Positions 9,141-19,137 are shown, numbered from the stretch's first letter. The stretch is DNA of 64,000 bases from an uncultured Oscillospiraceae bacterium (GCA_964634435.1 CAZWJM010000001.1:2304-66303); one strand, 5' to 3'. Translations and numbers: made by a program. The notes: a model not told the origin generated them from the sequence alone.

Positions 9141-10351
9141 ACAGCGCCAGCATTTCCGTAACTGAGCTCAACCAAATAATAAAAACGCTTATTGACGGCG
9201 ACCCGCTCCTTGGCAAGGTGTGCGTGCGCGGCGAATTATCCAATTATAAGATATATCCGTCGGGACATCATTACTTCACCCTCAAGGATGCCGAGAGCAG
9301 CCTCAGATGCGTCATGTTTAAAAGCAGTGCGTCCAAGCTGCGTTTTCGTCCCGAAAGCGGAATGGGTGTCACTGCTTTTGGCCGCGTATCAGTGTTCCCG
9401 CGCGACGGAGCGTATCAGCTTTATTGCACAGACCTCATACCAGAGGGTACGGGCGATTTGCAGATAGCGTATGAGCAGCTCAAGGCAAAGCTTGCGGCCG
9501 AGGGGCTGTTTGACCCAAGCCACAAAAAGCCGCTCCCGCAGTTTCCGGAGAAGATAGCAATTATCACGTCCTCTGCCGGCGCTGCTGTGCACGATATGAT
9601 AAGGATACTCGGAACGCGCTGGCCGATGACAAAGATTGTGCTGCTTCCCGTGCGTGTTCAGGGCGTTGAAGCCCCGCCGGAGATCGTAGGCGCGATACGC
9701 TATGCAAACAGACATAAGGTTGCAGACCTCATTATAACAGGCCGCGGCGGCGGCTCTATTGAAGACCTGTGGGCCTTTAACGATGAGCGCGTTGCGCGGG
9801 CCATATACGAGTCTGAGCTTCCCGTCATATCCGCTGTGGGACATGAGCCGGACGTGACGATATCCGACTTTGTCGCCGATGTGCGCGCGTCAACGCCGTC
9901 AAACGCGGCGGAGATAGCCGTGCCCGACCAGAGCGAAATGCGCGAAGCGCTTATGAATATGGACATTCGCCGCACTCAGGCCATGCGAAAGAGCCTGAGC
10001 CGCATGACGGCAAAGCTTGACGATATAAAAAGCCGCAGAGTGCTGCAGGATCCGATGGCGTATATCGACACTAAGCGCTCGGAGCTTGACTATGTGCGCG
10101 GCAGGCTCGTCGCGGCGGCAGACAAGGTCAATGCGCAAAACAGGCACAAATTCGTCGCCCTTGCCTCGGCGCTGGACGCTATGAGCCCGCTCAAGGTATT
10201 AAGCCGCGGCTATGCCATAGCAAATGACGCTGATGGCAGGCTCATAAAAAGTGTAAACGATGTAAATGCCGGTGACGAAGTGAAGCTCAGCGTATTTGAC
10301 GGCGATATACGATGCACTGTGAATGAAATGGAGGCAAAGAACCATGGCTAA
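9137..10351 (+). CDS. xseA: Exodeoxyribonuclease VII large subunit
   Basis: N-terminal OB fold VCVRGELSNYKIYPSGHHYFTLKD, then RGGGSIEDLWAFNDE. 404 aa. Confidence 0.92.
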   Translation: MNSASISVTELNQIIKTLIDGDPLLGKVCVRGELSNYKIYPSGHHYFTLKDAESSLRCVMFKSSASKLRFRPESGMGVTAFGRVSVFPRDGAYQLYCTDLIPEGTGDLQIAYEQLKAKLAAEGLFDPSHKKPLPQFPEKIAIITSSAGAAVHDMIRILGTRWPMTKIVLLPVRVQGVEAPPEIVGAIRYANRHKVADLIITGRGGGSIEDLWAFNDERVARAIYESELPVISAVGHEPDVTISDFVADVRASTPSNAAEIAVPDQSEMREALMNMDIRRTQAMRKSLSRMTAKLDDIKSRRVLQDPMAYIDTKRSELDYVRGRLVAAADKVNAQNRHKFVALASALDAMSPLKVLSRGYAIANDADGRLIKSVNDVNAGDEVKLSVFDGDIRCTVNEMEAKNHG

Positions 10352-10571
10352 TGATAAGCCCAGCTTTGAGCAGTCGGTAAAAAGACTTGATGAAATAGTT
10401 AAGCTCCTTGAACGCGGCGACGCACCCCTGAGCGAATCGCTCAAGCTTTTCGAGGAGGGTACGGCCCTCATATCAAACTGCGATACGCTGCTAAATGAAG
10501 CCGAGCAGAAGGTCGTAAAGCTCAGAAAAGGCCCCGATGGTGAGCCTGAGGAGCTCCCGTTTGGTGAATGA
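10344..10571 (+). CDS. xseB: Exodeoxyribonuclease VII small subunit (start moved to MANDK)
   Basis: PSFEQSVKRLDEIVKLLERGDAPLSESLKLFEEG is the XseB signature. The 10344 start overlaps the xseA stop by 8 nt. Confidence 0.9.
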   Translation: MANDKPSFEQSVKRLDEIVKLLERGDAPLSESLKLFEEGTALISNCDTLLNEAEQKVVKLRKGPDGEPEELPFGE

Positions 10572-10572
10572 T

Positions 10573-11439
10573 ATGACGGCAAAGGAATATAAAGGACTTG
10601 TTGACGCGGCGCTTGCCGAGTATTTTAAGCCTGCGGGACTTCCGTATGACGGACTGCTTGACGCTATGCGCTATAGCCTCAATGCCGGCGGTAAGCGCAT
10701 ACGCCCCATGCTCGTGCTCGAGTTTTGCCGCATAGCCGGCGGTGATGTGAATAAGGCAATGCCGGTGGCGTGTGCAATTGAAATGCTGCATACCTACAGC
10801 CTCATCCACGATGATCTCCCGTGCATGGATAATGATGAGCTCCGGCGCGGAAAGCCGACAAACCATGTCGTTTACGGCGAGTGTACGGCAACTCTTGCAG
10901 GCGATGCGCTTCAGGCCGAGGCCTTCGGTACGATAGCGCGAAGCTCACTTCCCGCGTCTGCCAAAGCTGCATGTGTTGAGATACTGGCCGACGCCGTCGG
11001 AAGCGACGGAATGTGCGCAGGACAGTTTCTCGATATGGAGGGCGAGCGCAGGGAGCTGACAGCCCATGAGCTTGACGAGATAAACTCCCGCAAGACCGGT
11101 GCGCTTTTAATAGCAGCATGCAGGATGGGCGTTGCGGCAGCCGGCGGCAATGAAAAAATGATGGATGCCGCGATCGGCTACGGTGCCGCAATAGGTGCAG
11201 CCTTCCAGATACGCGACGATATCCTGGACGTTATCAGCACGGCAGAGGAGCTTGGAAAGCCCATAGGCTCGGATGCTCAGGAGAATAAAAACACTTACAT
11301 GGCGCTGCTTGGCAAGGATGAGTGCATGAAGCTCGTCTTTGACCTCACCGAAAATGCGAAGGCCTCGCTCAACGGCGCATTTGAGGACACGGAATTTTTG
11401 TGCAGCCTTGCAGATTCCATGGTAACGAGAACAAATTAA
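10573..11439 (+). CDS. ispA: (2E,6E)-farnesyl diphosphate synthase / polyprenyl synthetase
   Basis: First Asp-rich motif LIHDDLPCMDNDELRRG and second FQIRDDILD. The MTAKEY start lies just after the xseB stop. Confidence 0.9.
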   Translation: MTAKEYKGLVDAALAEYFKPAGLPYDGLLDAMRYSLNAGGKRIRPMLVLEFCRIAGGDVNKAMPVACAIEMLHTYSLIHDDLPCMDNDELRRGKPTNHVVYGECTATLAGDALQAEAFGTIARSSLPASAKAACVEILADAVGSDGMCAGQFLDMEGERRELTAHELDEINSRKTGALLIAACRMGVAAAGGNEKMMDAAIGYGAAIGAAFQIRDDILDVISTAEELGKPIGSDAQENKNTYMALLGKDECMKLVFDLTENAKASLNGAFEDTEFLCSLADSMVTRTN

Positions 11440-11451
11440 AAATCTGTAAAT

Positions 11452-11492
11452 CCGCGGCGAATGTCTATTGTAATATTCGCCGCGGTTTGTTA
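11452..11492 (+). terminator. Rho-independent terminator after ispA
   Basis: ccgcggcgaat / attcgccgcgg 11-bp stem followed by tttgtt. Confidence 0.7.
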
Positions 11493-11544
11493 TTATATAA
11501 AATGATGTATTATACGAATAATTAGCTATTTACGAGGTATTGTT

Positions 11545-13386
11545 TTGAATATTCTGAATAAAGTCAATTCCTCCGACGATATAAAACGCCTGAGCAAAGC
11601 AGAGCTTCCGCAGCTTTGTGCGGAGCTGAGAGAGTTTATAATAAACAGCGTTTCAAAGACCGGTGGCCACCTGGCCTCGAACCTCGGCACAGTCGAGCTG
11701 ACTGTTGCGCTGCACAGAGTGTATGACAGCGCGGTCGACAGGATAGTGTTCGACGTCGGCCATCAAAGCTACGCGCATAAGATAATAACAGGCAGACGCG
11801 ATGATTTTAAAACACTGCGCTGCTACGGCGGGCTTTCGGGTTTTCCCAAGCCCTATGAGGCAGCCGACGATGCCTTTATAGCCGGTCATGCGTCAAACTC
11901 TGTGTCCGTTGCTCTCGGCATGGCGCGCGCAAGAACTATCAAAAAAGCTGACTACAGCGTCGTTGCCGTTATCGGCGACGGTGCGCTCACAGGCGGCCTT
12001 GCGTATGAGGGACTTGCAAACGCCGGAGGCAGCAATGAGCCGATGGTCATTATCTTAAACGATAACGGCATGTCCATTAACGGCAATGTCGGCGGTATGG
12101 CAAAGCTTCTGTCCAAAGAGCGCGTGAAGCCGGGGTATATTAACTTTAAGCGCTGGTATAAAAACGCCGTCAGCGGCATGGACGGCGTGTATAATATGAG
12201 CCATAAGCTCAAGGAAGCGCTCAAGAAATCCATTCTGCCGTCGAACATGTTTGACTCCATGGGCGTTTACTATCTCGGCCCTGTTGACGGGCATGATGTT
12301 GACCAGCTTGAAACGGTCATCCGCTGGGCAAAGGAAATGAATTCGCCCGTCCTTGTGCATGTTCTGAGCACCAAGGGAAAGGGCTGCAAATATGCCGAGG
12401 AGCATCCGGATAAATACCACGGCGTCGGCAAATTTGACCCCCTGACGGGCGAAATGAGCGAATCCGGCCCCTGCTTTTCGTCGGCGTTTGGCAAAAAGCT
12501 CATGCAGCTTGCCGAAATAAACCACGATATCGTCGCAATAACCGCGGCTATGAGTGCGGGAACGGGGCTTTCGGAGTTTGCCGAGCGCTTTCCCGACCGA
12601 TTTTTCGATGTCGGCATAGCCGAGGAGCATGCGGTATCAATGGCAGCGGGTATGGCAAAGCAGGGGCTCACGCCCGTCGTGGCCATATATTCGGGCTTTT
12701 TGCAGAGAGCATATGATATGCTCATCCACGATGTGTCGCTCCAGCGGCTGCACGTTGTTTTCTGCGTTGACAGAGCTGGTCTTGTCGGTAACGACGGCGA
12801 GACGCACCACGGTGCGTTCGATATAAGCTATCTCAGGTCAGTGCCGCACATGCAGGTGCTGTGCCCGGCAAGCTTTGCCGAGCTTGAAGAAATGCTCGAC
12901 GAGGCTGTTAACAAAATGGACGGGCCTATTGCGATACGCTATCCGCGCGGCGGCGAGGGCAGATACACCGGCTGCAATACAAGTGCCTGCACAAAGCTTC
13001 GCGACGGCGGCAACTTTACCATTGCAGCCTACGGAACCGATATAAACACCGCGCTCGATACGGCCGATATCCTTGCCGAGCAGGGGATACAGGCGGCGGT
13101 ATTCAAGCTTGCGCGCCTTAACGGCGAGTATGACGATATACTCCGTTCGCTTGAAGAAACGGGAAGATTCCTGATGAGCGAGCAGGTTTGTCACGCAGGC
13201 TGCATCGCAGATGATATACTGTCCGCCGCAGAGCGGGCAGGGATAAAGCTCAAAGCCGTGTGTACAAAGGATCTTGACAGCGGCATAGTTGTACACGGGA
13301 GCGTTCCCGAGCTTATGCACCACTGCGGGATAGATGCGCAGAGCCTTGCCGCGCAAGCGGAGAAAGCATTTAGAGGTGAGCTGTGA
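11545..13386 (+). CDS. dxs: 1-deoxy-D-xylulose-5-phosphate synthase (TTG start)
   Basis: GGHLASNLG, GHQSYAHKI and TPP-binding GDGALTGG...NDN. 613 aa. gaggt RBS. Confidence 0.95.
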   Translation: MNILNKVNSSDDIKRLSKAELPQLCAELREFIINSVSKTGGHLASNLGTVELTVALHRVYDSAVDRIVFDVGHQSYAHKIITGRRDDFKTLRCYGGLSGFPKPYEAADDAFIAGHASNSVSVALGMARARTIKKADYSVVAVIGDGALTGGLAYEGLANAGGSNEPMVIILNDNGMSINGNVGGMAKLLSKERVKPGYINFKRWYKNAVSGMDGVYNMSHKLKEALKKSILPSNMFDSMGVYYLGPVDGHDVDQLETVIRWAKEMNSPVLVHVLSTKGKGCKYAEEHPDKYHGVGKFDPLTGEMSESGPCFSSAFGKKLMQLAEINHDIVAITAAMSAGTGLSEFAERFPDRFFDVGIAEEHAVSMAAGMAKQGLTPVVAIYSGFLQRAYDMLIHDVSLQRLHVVFCVDRAGLVGNDGETHHGAFDISYLRSVPHMQVLCPASFAELEEMLDEAVNKMDGPIAIRYPRGGEGRYTGCNTSACTKLRDGGNFTIAAYGTDINTALDTADILAEQGIQAAVFKLARLNGEYDDILRSLEETGRFLMSEQVCHAGCIADDILSAAERAGIKLKAVCTKDLDSGIVVHGSVPELMHHCGIDAQSLAAQAEKAFRGEL

Positions 13387-14177
13387 AAAAAATCAGACTC
13401 GACCAGCTCGTTTTCGACCTCGGCCTGACCGAGAGCCGCGAAAGAGCTAAGACAACTATAATGAGCGGCCTTGTGTATGTCGACGGACAAAAGGCTGATA
13501 AGCCCGGAATGCAGGTTTCGCCCGACGCCAATGTCGAGGTGCGCGGCGCGGCGCTTCCGTATGTCAGCCGCGGCGGCTTTAAGCTTGAAAAAGCGCTGAA
13601 GGTGTTCCCGGTCGACCCGAGGGATAAGGTCTGTATCGACTGCGGTGCCTCCACCGGCGGGTTTACGGATGTGCTGCTTCAAAACGGCGCGCGCAAGGTG
13701 TATTCCGTCGATGTCGGCTACGGCCAATTGGCGTGGAGCCTTCGCCAAGATGAGCGTGTTGTGAATTTAGAGCGCACAAATATAAGATATATAAGCTCGG
13801 ATGAGATACCCGAGCCTATGGATATCGCGGTAATGGATCTTTCGTTTATATCCGTTAAGCTCGTTTTGCCGGCAGTGTGCGCACTTTTAAAGGACGGCGG
13901 CAACCTTGTGTGCCTTATTAAGCCCCAGTTTGAAGCAGGGCGCGAGGATGTCGGCAAAAAGGGCGTTGTGCGCGATAAGGGCATCCACCTGTCTGTTATA
14001 AACAGCATTTTGGATTTTGCCCCTACGGTCGGCATGACCGTTATGGGCCTTGACTTTTCGCCCATCAAAGGCCCCGAAGGCAATAGAGAATATCTGTGCT
14101 ATATGAAAAAAGGCGTGTTCAGCGCCCCTGACTACGATGCAGAAGCGGTAGTTAACGCTTCGCATGAGGTTTTGTGA
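13383..14177 (+). CDS. tlyA: TlyA family rRNA 2'-O-methyltransferase (S4 + FtsJ domains)
   Basis: N-terminal S4-like IRLDQLVFDLGL...SGLVYVDG. SAM motif DCGASTGGFTD. Confidence 0.85.
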   Translation: MKKIRLDQLVFDLGLTESRERAKTTIMSGLVYVDGQKADKPGMQVSPDANVEVRGAALPYVSRGGFKLEKALKVFPVDPRDKVCIDCGASTGGFTDVLLQNGARKVYSVDVGYGQLAWSLRQDERVVNLERTNIRYISSDEIPEPMDIAVMDLSFISVKLVLPAVCALLKDGGNLVCLIKPQFEAGREDVGKKGVVRDKGIHLSVINSILDFAPTVGMTVMGLDFSPIKGPEGNREYLCYMKKGVFSAPDYDAEAVVNASHEVL

Positions 14178-14184
14178 GGTCAAA

Positions 14185-15051
14185 ATGTCAGAGCTTATTG
14201 TTTTGTGCCCAAATCCGTACAGGGATCATGGGCTGGAGCTAACAAAAAAGGCCATGGCCATTTTAAACCGCGAGGGATATGAGACGGCAATATGCCCCGT
14301 TTTCGGCGCGCGTGACGCGGAGGCTATCCCGAACGATGTGAATATAACCGCCTGGAGCAGCGTGACCGACAGGGCAAAGCTGTATGTCGTAATAGGCGGC
14401 GACGGAACTATCCTGCACACGGCGCGATACCTTAACCACAGCATGACCCCGATGCTCGGAGTAAACCTCGGCACAAAGGGCTTCATGGCGCCGCTTGAGC
14501 CGGAGGAGCTTGAGCTCATCCTTGAAGCGGCTGCGGGCAGATATTCATCCAGCCTGCGCATGATGATAGATGTTGAGCTTATAAGAAACGGCGAAGTCAT
14601 CTACACGGATGTCGGCCTTAACGATGCTGTCATCCACGGCATGGGCGACTGCATAAAGCTCACCGCCTGGTGCGACAGTGAGCGTATCATGAGTTATTCG
14701 GGCGACGGTATAATCATCGCAACGCCGACGGGCTCGACCGGTTACTCCATGTCGGCCGGCGGCCCGATAGTAGAGCCGGAGGCTGCAAACTTCATCGTCT
14801 CGCCCATTTGTGCGCACTATATCGGCTCACGGAGCTTTGTCCTCTCGGCTGACCACACGATAACGGTCAAGGCAGAAAAGCTTCATGACCGCCGCGCATA
14901 TGTCTCCGTCGACGGAACGGATGGCTTTGACCTTGCAAACGAGGATATCGTCATCGTCCGCCGCTCGGCAAAGCTTTCAAATCTCATTTACCTTGGCCGC
15001 CGCAGCTTTTACGATTCCACCTTCGGCAAGCTGCAATACAAAGTTGACTGA
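14185..15051 (+). CDS. nadK: NAD(+) kinase
   Basis: GGDGT motif (VVIGGDGTILH) and ATPTGSTGYSMSAGGP. Confidence 0.9.
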   Translation: MSELIVLCPNPYRDHGLELTKKAMAILNREGYETAICPVFGARDAEAIPNDVNITAWSSVTDRAKLYVVIGGDGTILHTARYLNHSMTPMLGVNLGTKGFMAPLEPEELELILEAAAGRYSSSLRMMIDVELIRNGEVIYTDVGLNDAVIHGMGDCIKLTAWCDSERIMSYSGDGIIIATPTGSTGYSMSAGGPIVEPEAANFIVSPICAHYIGSRSFVLSADHTITVKAEKLHDRRAYVSVDGTDGFDLANEDIVIVRRSAKLSNLIYLGRRSFYDSTFGKLQYKVD

Positions 15052-15065
15052 AAGGAGAGAACCAG

Positions 15066-15515
15066 TTGAAGGATTCAAGACAAAACGTGATTCTCCAGAT
15101 AATCTCCGAGCAGGAGATAGAAACCCAGGCACAGCTTATTACGGCGCTTGCCGAACGCGGCATACCCAGCACTCAGGCAACGCTTTCAAGAGATATAAAG
15201 CAGCTTCATCTTGTCAAGGAGCTTGGCAACAGCGGCAGATACCACTATGTTGTCAGCGGCAAGTCTAAAAATAACGACCGTGAGATGCGCCTTCGCAAAA
15301 TTTTCCGCGAAAGCGTCACGTCATACACAGTCGCGCAGAACATTATCGTAATTAAGACGCTACCCGGCCTTGCCTCGGCCGCGTGCTCAACGCTTGACTC
15401 GATGCATATCGAAACTCTTGCCGGTACGCTTGCCGGCGACGATACGGCGTTTCTTGCCATGCGCGATAATAAATCGGCAGAGGATTTCTGCCACGAGATA
15501 GAAGAAATGATCTAA
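15066..15515 (+). CDS. argR: Arginine repressor ArgR/AhrC (TTG start)
   Basis: wHTH TQAQLITALAERGIPSTQATLSRDIKQL and C-terminal GTLAGDDT. aggaga RBS. Confidence 0.88.
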   Translation: MKDSRQNVILQIISEQEIETQAQLITALAERGIPSTQATLSRDIKQLHLVKELGNSGRYHYVVSGKSKNNDREMRLRKIFRESVTSYTVAQNIIVIKTLPGLASAACSTLDSMHIETLAGTLAGDDTAFLAMRDNKSAEDFCHEIEEMI

Positions 15516-15525
15516 GAGGATAGCC

Positions 15526-17211
15526 ATGCTTACACAGCTGCATATTGAGAATATTGCTGTAATCGAAAAGGCCGACATTGACTTCGGCAGCGGTCTTACC
15601 GTACTCACGGGCGAAACAGGCGCGGGCAAATCGATAATCGTCGATTCGCTGGGCGCTGTCCTCGGCGCGCGCACAAACAGGGAGCTTGTGCGCAGCGGAG
15701 CGGAATACGGCGTCGTTTCGGCCGTGTTTGAGTCAAGCGCTGCAAAGCAGTGGTTTGAGGATAACGATATTGACCCCGAGGATGAGATAATCATCCGCCG
15801 CAAGATATCGGCCGACGGAAAGAATAACTGCCGCGTGTGCGGAAATCCTGTGACGGTATCGCAGCTAAAGCAGCTTGGTGCGCTCCTTTTGGATATCCAC
15901 GGCCAAAACGACGGCCGCCAGCTCATGGATGAGGCTTCGCACAGAGGCTATCTTGACGGCTTCGGCAAAGTGGATAAAGAGCTTGAGGCATTTAAGTCGG
16001 CATATGCTGACTATCTTGCCTGTAAGAAAGAGATAGATAAGCTCACGATGGACGAGGCCGAAAAGGAGCGTTTGGCCGACAGTCTTAAATATCGCATTGA
16101 CGAGCTTGAAAGGGCAGAGATCAAAATAGGTGAGGAGGATGAGCTCATCTCCCGCCGTGACCTTCTGCGAAACTCCGAAAAGCTCACCGAGGCGCTCGAC
16201 GGGGCCTACAGCGCCCTGTACGGCAGCGACGAAAATGCCGGAACGCTCACGGATGAGGCTGCATCGCTCATCGGCCGCGCAGCGCTGATATCGGAGGAAC
16301 TGCGTGAAACGGCGGATATAATAAGCAGTGCATCCTCGCTTATTTACGATGCCGCCGAGCGTATACGTGATTTCCGCGACGGGCTTGAATTCTCGCCCGA
16401 TGAATATGACCGCATCGAAACGCGCGTGTCGCAGCTAAAGCGCCTGCGCCGCAAGTATAATACCGATGAGGAGGGCATGATAGCACTGCTTGAGGAAAGC
16501 CGCCGCCAGCTTTCCATGCTCGAGTATTCCGATGACATGCTCAAAAAGCTCGAAAAGCAGCTTTCCGAGCATATTAAGCTTTGCTGCGATAAAGCCGCGG
16601 AGCTTACAAAGTGCAGATGCGGTGCCGCAAAAAAGCTCGAAGAGCGCATATGCAATGAGCTGAAAGATCTCAGCATGCCGTCTGTGCGCTTTAAGGTCGC
16701 AGTGGAGCCCGTTGAAAACGAGCGCGGCTTTGACAAAACGGGAGCTGACGAGGTGCGCTTTCTCATATCCGCAAACGCGGGCATGGAGCTTGGACGCATA
16801 TCGAAGATTGCATCCGGCGGTGAGCTCAGCCGCATAATGCTCGCCATGAAGACCGCTTTTTCGGACAATGACCCGATAGAGACCATGGTCTTTGATGAGA
16901 TCGACACCGGCGTATCAGGCATTGCCGCCCAGCGCGTAGGCGAGAAGATGTCCGACCTGTCGCGCGGCAAGCAGGTGCTGTGCATAACGCATCTGCCGCA
17001 GATAGCGGCTTTGGCTGACAGTCATGATAAGATCGAAAAGGGCGAGCGCGATGGCAAGACCTACACGGTTGTAAAAGAGCTTGACCGTCAGGGAAGACGC
17101 CTGGAGCTTGCGCGGCTTCACGGCGGCGATGTCATAACCGAGACGACCCTTGCCGGTGCGGAAGAGCAGCTTTGCGCCGCAGACGAATATAAGTTGACAA
17201 AATCTATTTAG
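15526..17211 (+). CDS. recN: DNA repair protein RecN
   Basis: Walker A GETGAGKS, long coiled-coil middle, signature ASGGELSR, Walker B MVFDEIDTG. Confidence 0.95.
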   Translation: MLTQLHIENIAVIEKADIDFGSGLTVLTGETGAGKSIIVDSLGAVLGARTNRELVRSGAEYGVVSAVFESSAAKQWFEDNDIDPEDEIIIRRKISADGKNNCRVCGNPVTVSQLKQLGALLLDIHGQNDGRQLMDEASHRGYLDGFGKVDKELEAFKSAYADYLACKKEIDKLTMDEAEKERLADSLKYRIDELERAEIKIGEEDELISRRDLLRNSEKLTEALDGAYSALYGSDENAGTLTDEAASLIGRAALISEELRETADIISSASSLIYDAAERIRDFRDGLEFSPDEYDRIETRVSQLKRLRRKYNTDEEGMIALLEESRRQLSMLEYSDDMLKKLEKQLSEHIKLCCDKAAELTKCRCGAAKKLEERICNELKDLSMPSVRFKVAVEPVENERGFDKTGADEVRFLISANAGMELGRISKIASGGELSRIMLAMKTAFSDNDPIETMVFDEIDTGVSGIAAQRVGEKMSDLSRGKQVLCITHLPQIAALADSHDKIEKGERDGKTYTVVKELDRQGRRLELARLHGGDVITETTLAGAEEQLCAADEYKLTKSI

Positions 17212-17239
17212 TTTAGTATAATCGGCAAAGTAATGTTAT

Positions 17240-17498
17240 GAAATAACGCGATGAAGAGCAAGAGTAATTCGCATTTTGCTGCACAGAGAGACCCTGTTTT
17301 GCTGAAAAGGGGAGAGCGATTGCGAACGAATACGGCTTGGAGCGGCTCGCTGAAACAGCAGTAGGCGTAGACGGGAGCGCCCGATACAGCACAGGAGTCA
17401 TACCGACTCACCGAGGCTTCGTCCGCGAGGACGGAGTGTATAGAGGTGGTACCGCGTTTACAACGCCCTCTGTCGCATGCGGCAGAGGGTTTATTTTT
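17240..17498 (+). promoter_or_regulatory. T-box riboswitch leader, tyrosine specifier (UAC), with intrinsic terminator
   Basis: Stem I start gcgatgaagagcaagagta and AGAGAG box near 17285. gaaUACg at 17328-17334 (UAC at 17331-17333). T-box core ggtggtaccgcg at 17445-17456. Terminator gccctctg...cagagggt plus T run at 17465-17498. tyrS lies downstream. Confidence 0.8.
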
Positions 17499-17511
17499 AT
17501 AGGAGGATATT

Positions 17512-17904
17512 ATGGATATCGGTCAAAGAGCATTGGATTATCACGCAAAAGGATTTAATTGCGCACAGGCGGTTTTTGCCGCGTGCGGCGAGTATACCGG
17601 CATGGACGAAAAAACGGCGCTTGCGCTGTCTGCCGGCTTCGGCGGCGGCCTGCGCAGCGGCGAGGTCTGCGGCGCGATATCGGGCGCTGTCATGGCAGAG
17701 GGTGTGGTATTCCCGTTTAACAACGGCGAAGATGCCGCGGCAAAGGATAAGATCGCCGAAATTGCAAAGCAGTGCGTTGCGGCGGCAAAGGAAAAGTACG
17801 GTGCTGTGCGCTGTGCCGAGCTCAAGGGCAATATTGATTGCAATGAGATAATATCATTCATGGCAAAAACGGCCGAGGAAATAATAAATAAGGAGAAAAA
17901 CTGA
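17512..17904 (+). CDS. C_GCAxxG_C_C family (putative redox-active) protein
   Basis: Family Cys pattern is present: GFNCAQAV, VCGAISGA, RCAEL, DCNEI. 130 aa. Stop overlaps the tyrS start. Confidence 0.8.
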   Translation: MDIGQRALDYHAKGFNCAQAVFAACGEYTGMDEKTALALSAGFGGGLRSGEVCGAISGAVMAEGVVFPFNNGEDAAAKDKIAEIAKQCVAAAKEKYGAVRCAELKGNIDCNEIISFMAKTAEEIINKEKN

Positions 17905-19124
17905 TGGGCATTTACGAGGAACTCGTTGCCAGAGGACTTATCGCTCAGGTGACAAATGAAGATGAAATAAAGGAAATGATCAATAACGGCAAAGCCACCT
18001 TCTACATCGGCTTTGACTGCACGGCTGACTCCCTGCATGTCGGCCACTTCATGGCTCTGTGCCTTATGAAGCGCCTTCAGATGGCAGGCAACCGCCCCAT
18101 AGCCCTCATCGGCGACGGTACGACCCTTATCGGCGACCCCTCCGGCAGAACCGATATGCGTCAGATGCTCACCGAGGAGACTATCGCGCACAATGCCGAG
18201 TGCTTCAAAAAGCAGATGGAGAAGTTTGTTGACTTTTCCGAGGGCAAGGCCATCATGCTGCGCAACTCCGCATGGCTCAAGCCGCTCAATTACATTGAGC
18301 TTCTGCGCGAGGTCGGCGCATGCTTTTCCGTCAACAACATGCTGCGCGCCGAGTGCTATAAGCAGCGCATGGAAAAGGGCCTGAGCTTCCTTGAGTTTAA
18401 CTACATGATAATGCAGAGCTACGACTTCTACTACATGTTCCAGCATTACGGCTGCAACATGCAGTTCGGCGGCAACGACCAGTGGTCGAACATGCTCGGC
18501 GGCACGGAGCTTATCCGCCGCAAGCTCGGCAAGGATGCCCACGCGATGACCATCACTCTGCTGCTTAACTCCGAGGGCAAGAAGATGGGAAAGACCGCCT
18601 CCGGCGCAGTTTGGCTCGACCCGAACAAGACTACGCCCTACGAGTTCTACCAGTACTGGCGCAATGTCGACGATGCCGACGTTCTCAAATGCCTGCGCAT
18701 GCTCACCTTCCTGCCGCTTGAGCAGATAGACGCAATGGAAGAGTGGGAGGGCTCTCAGCTCAACCGCGCAAAGGAGATCCTTGCATTCGAGCTTACCGCG
18801 CTTGTCCACGGCGAGGAAGAGGCAAAGAAGGCCGAGGCCTCCGCAAAGGCACTTTTCGGCGGCAGCGCCGGCGGCGATATGCCCACGACGGAGCTGAGCG
18901 AGGCTGACCTCAATGACGGCGCACTTGACGTTATGACTGCGCTCGTGCTCACCGGCCTGTGCGCGTCCAAGTCCGAGGCTCGCCGCAATATCCAGCAGGG
19001 CGGCGTTTCGGCAAACGATGCAAAGGTCGGCGATATTGGCCTGACCTTCACGGCTGATGAGCTCAAGGCCGGCGTCATCTTAAAGCGCGGCAAAAAGAGC
19101 TTTAACAAAATAATTCTCAAGTAA
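17904..19124 (+). CDS. tyrS: Tyrosine--tRNA ligase
   Basis: HIGH-type SLHVGHF, KMSKS-type KMGKT, C-terminal S4 domain SEARRNIQQGGVSAND. Confidence 0.95.
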   Translation: MGIYEELVARGLIAQVTNEDEIKEMINNGKATFYIGFDCTADSLHVGHFMALCLMKRLQMAGNRPIALIGDGTTLIGDPSGRTDMRQMLTEETIAHNAECFKKQMEKFVDFSEGKAIMLRNSAWLKPLNYIELLREVGACFSVNNMLRAECYKQRMEKGLSFLEFNYMIMQSYDFYYMFQHYGCNMQFGGNDQWSNMLGGTELIRRKLGKDAHAMTITLLLNSEGKKMGKTASGAVWLDPNKTTPYEFYQYWRNVDDADVLKCLRMLTFLPLEQIDAMEEWEGSQLNRAKEILAFELTALVHGEEEAKKAEASAKALFGGSAGGDMPTTELSEADLNDGALDVMTALVLTGLCASKSEARRNIQQGGVSANDAKVGDIGLTFTADELKAGVILKRGKKSFNKIILK

Positions 19125-19137
19125 TGGTGGTATAGTC

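Noticed and set aside
10323-10572. Longer track starts for xseB (10323) and ispA (10537)
   Set aside because: The extensions would overlap the preceding genes by 29 and 35 nt and add non-conserved residues. Internal ATGs at 10344 and 10573 give canonical N-termini and tight coupling.
17541-18809. 422-aa ORF antisense to tyrS and the C_GCAxxG_C_C gene
   Set aside because: It lies in the antisense frame that is codon-aligned with tyrS (both triplet phases are 0 mod 3). In that frame stops arise only from sense TTA, CTA or TCA codons, which this GC3-biased gene avoids. The translation is low-complexity (A/L/G/V/H-rich), with no RBS or motif, whereas the sense strand has unambiguous TyrS motifs.
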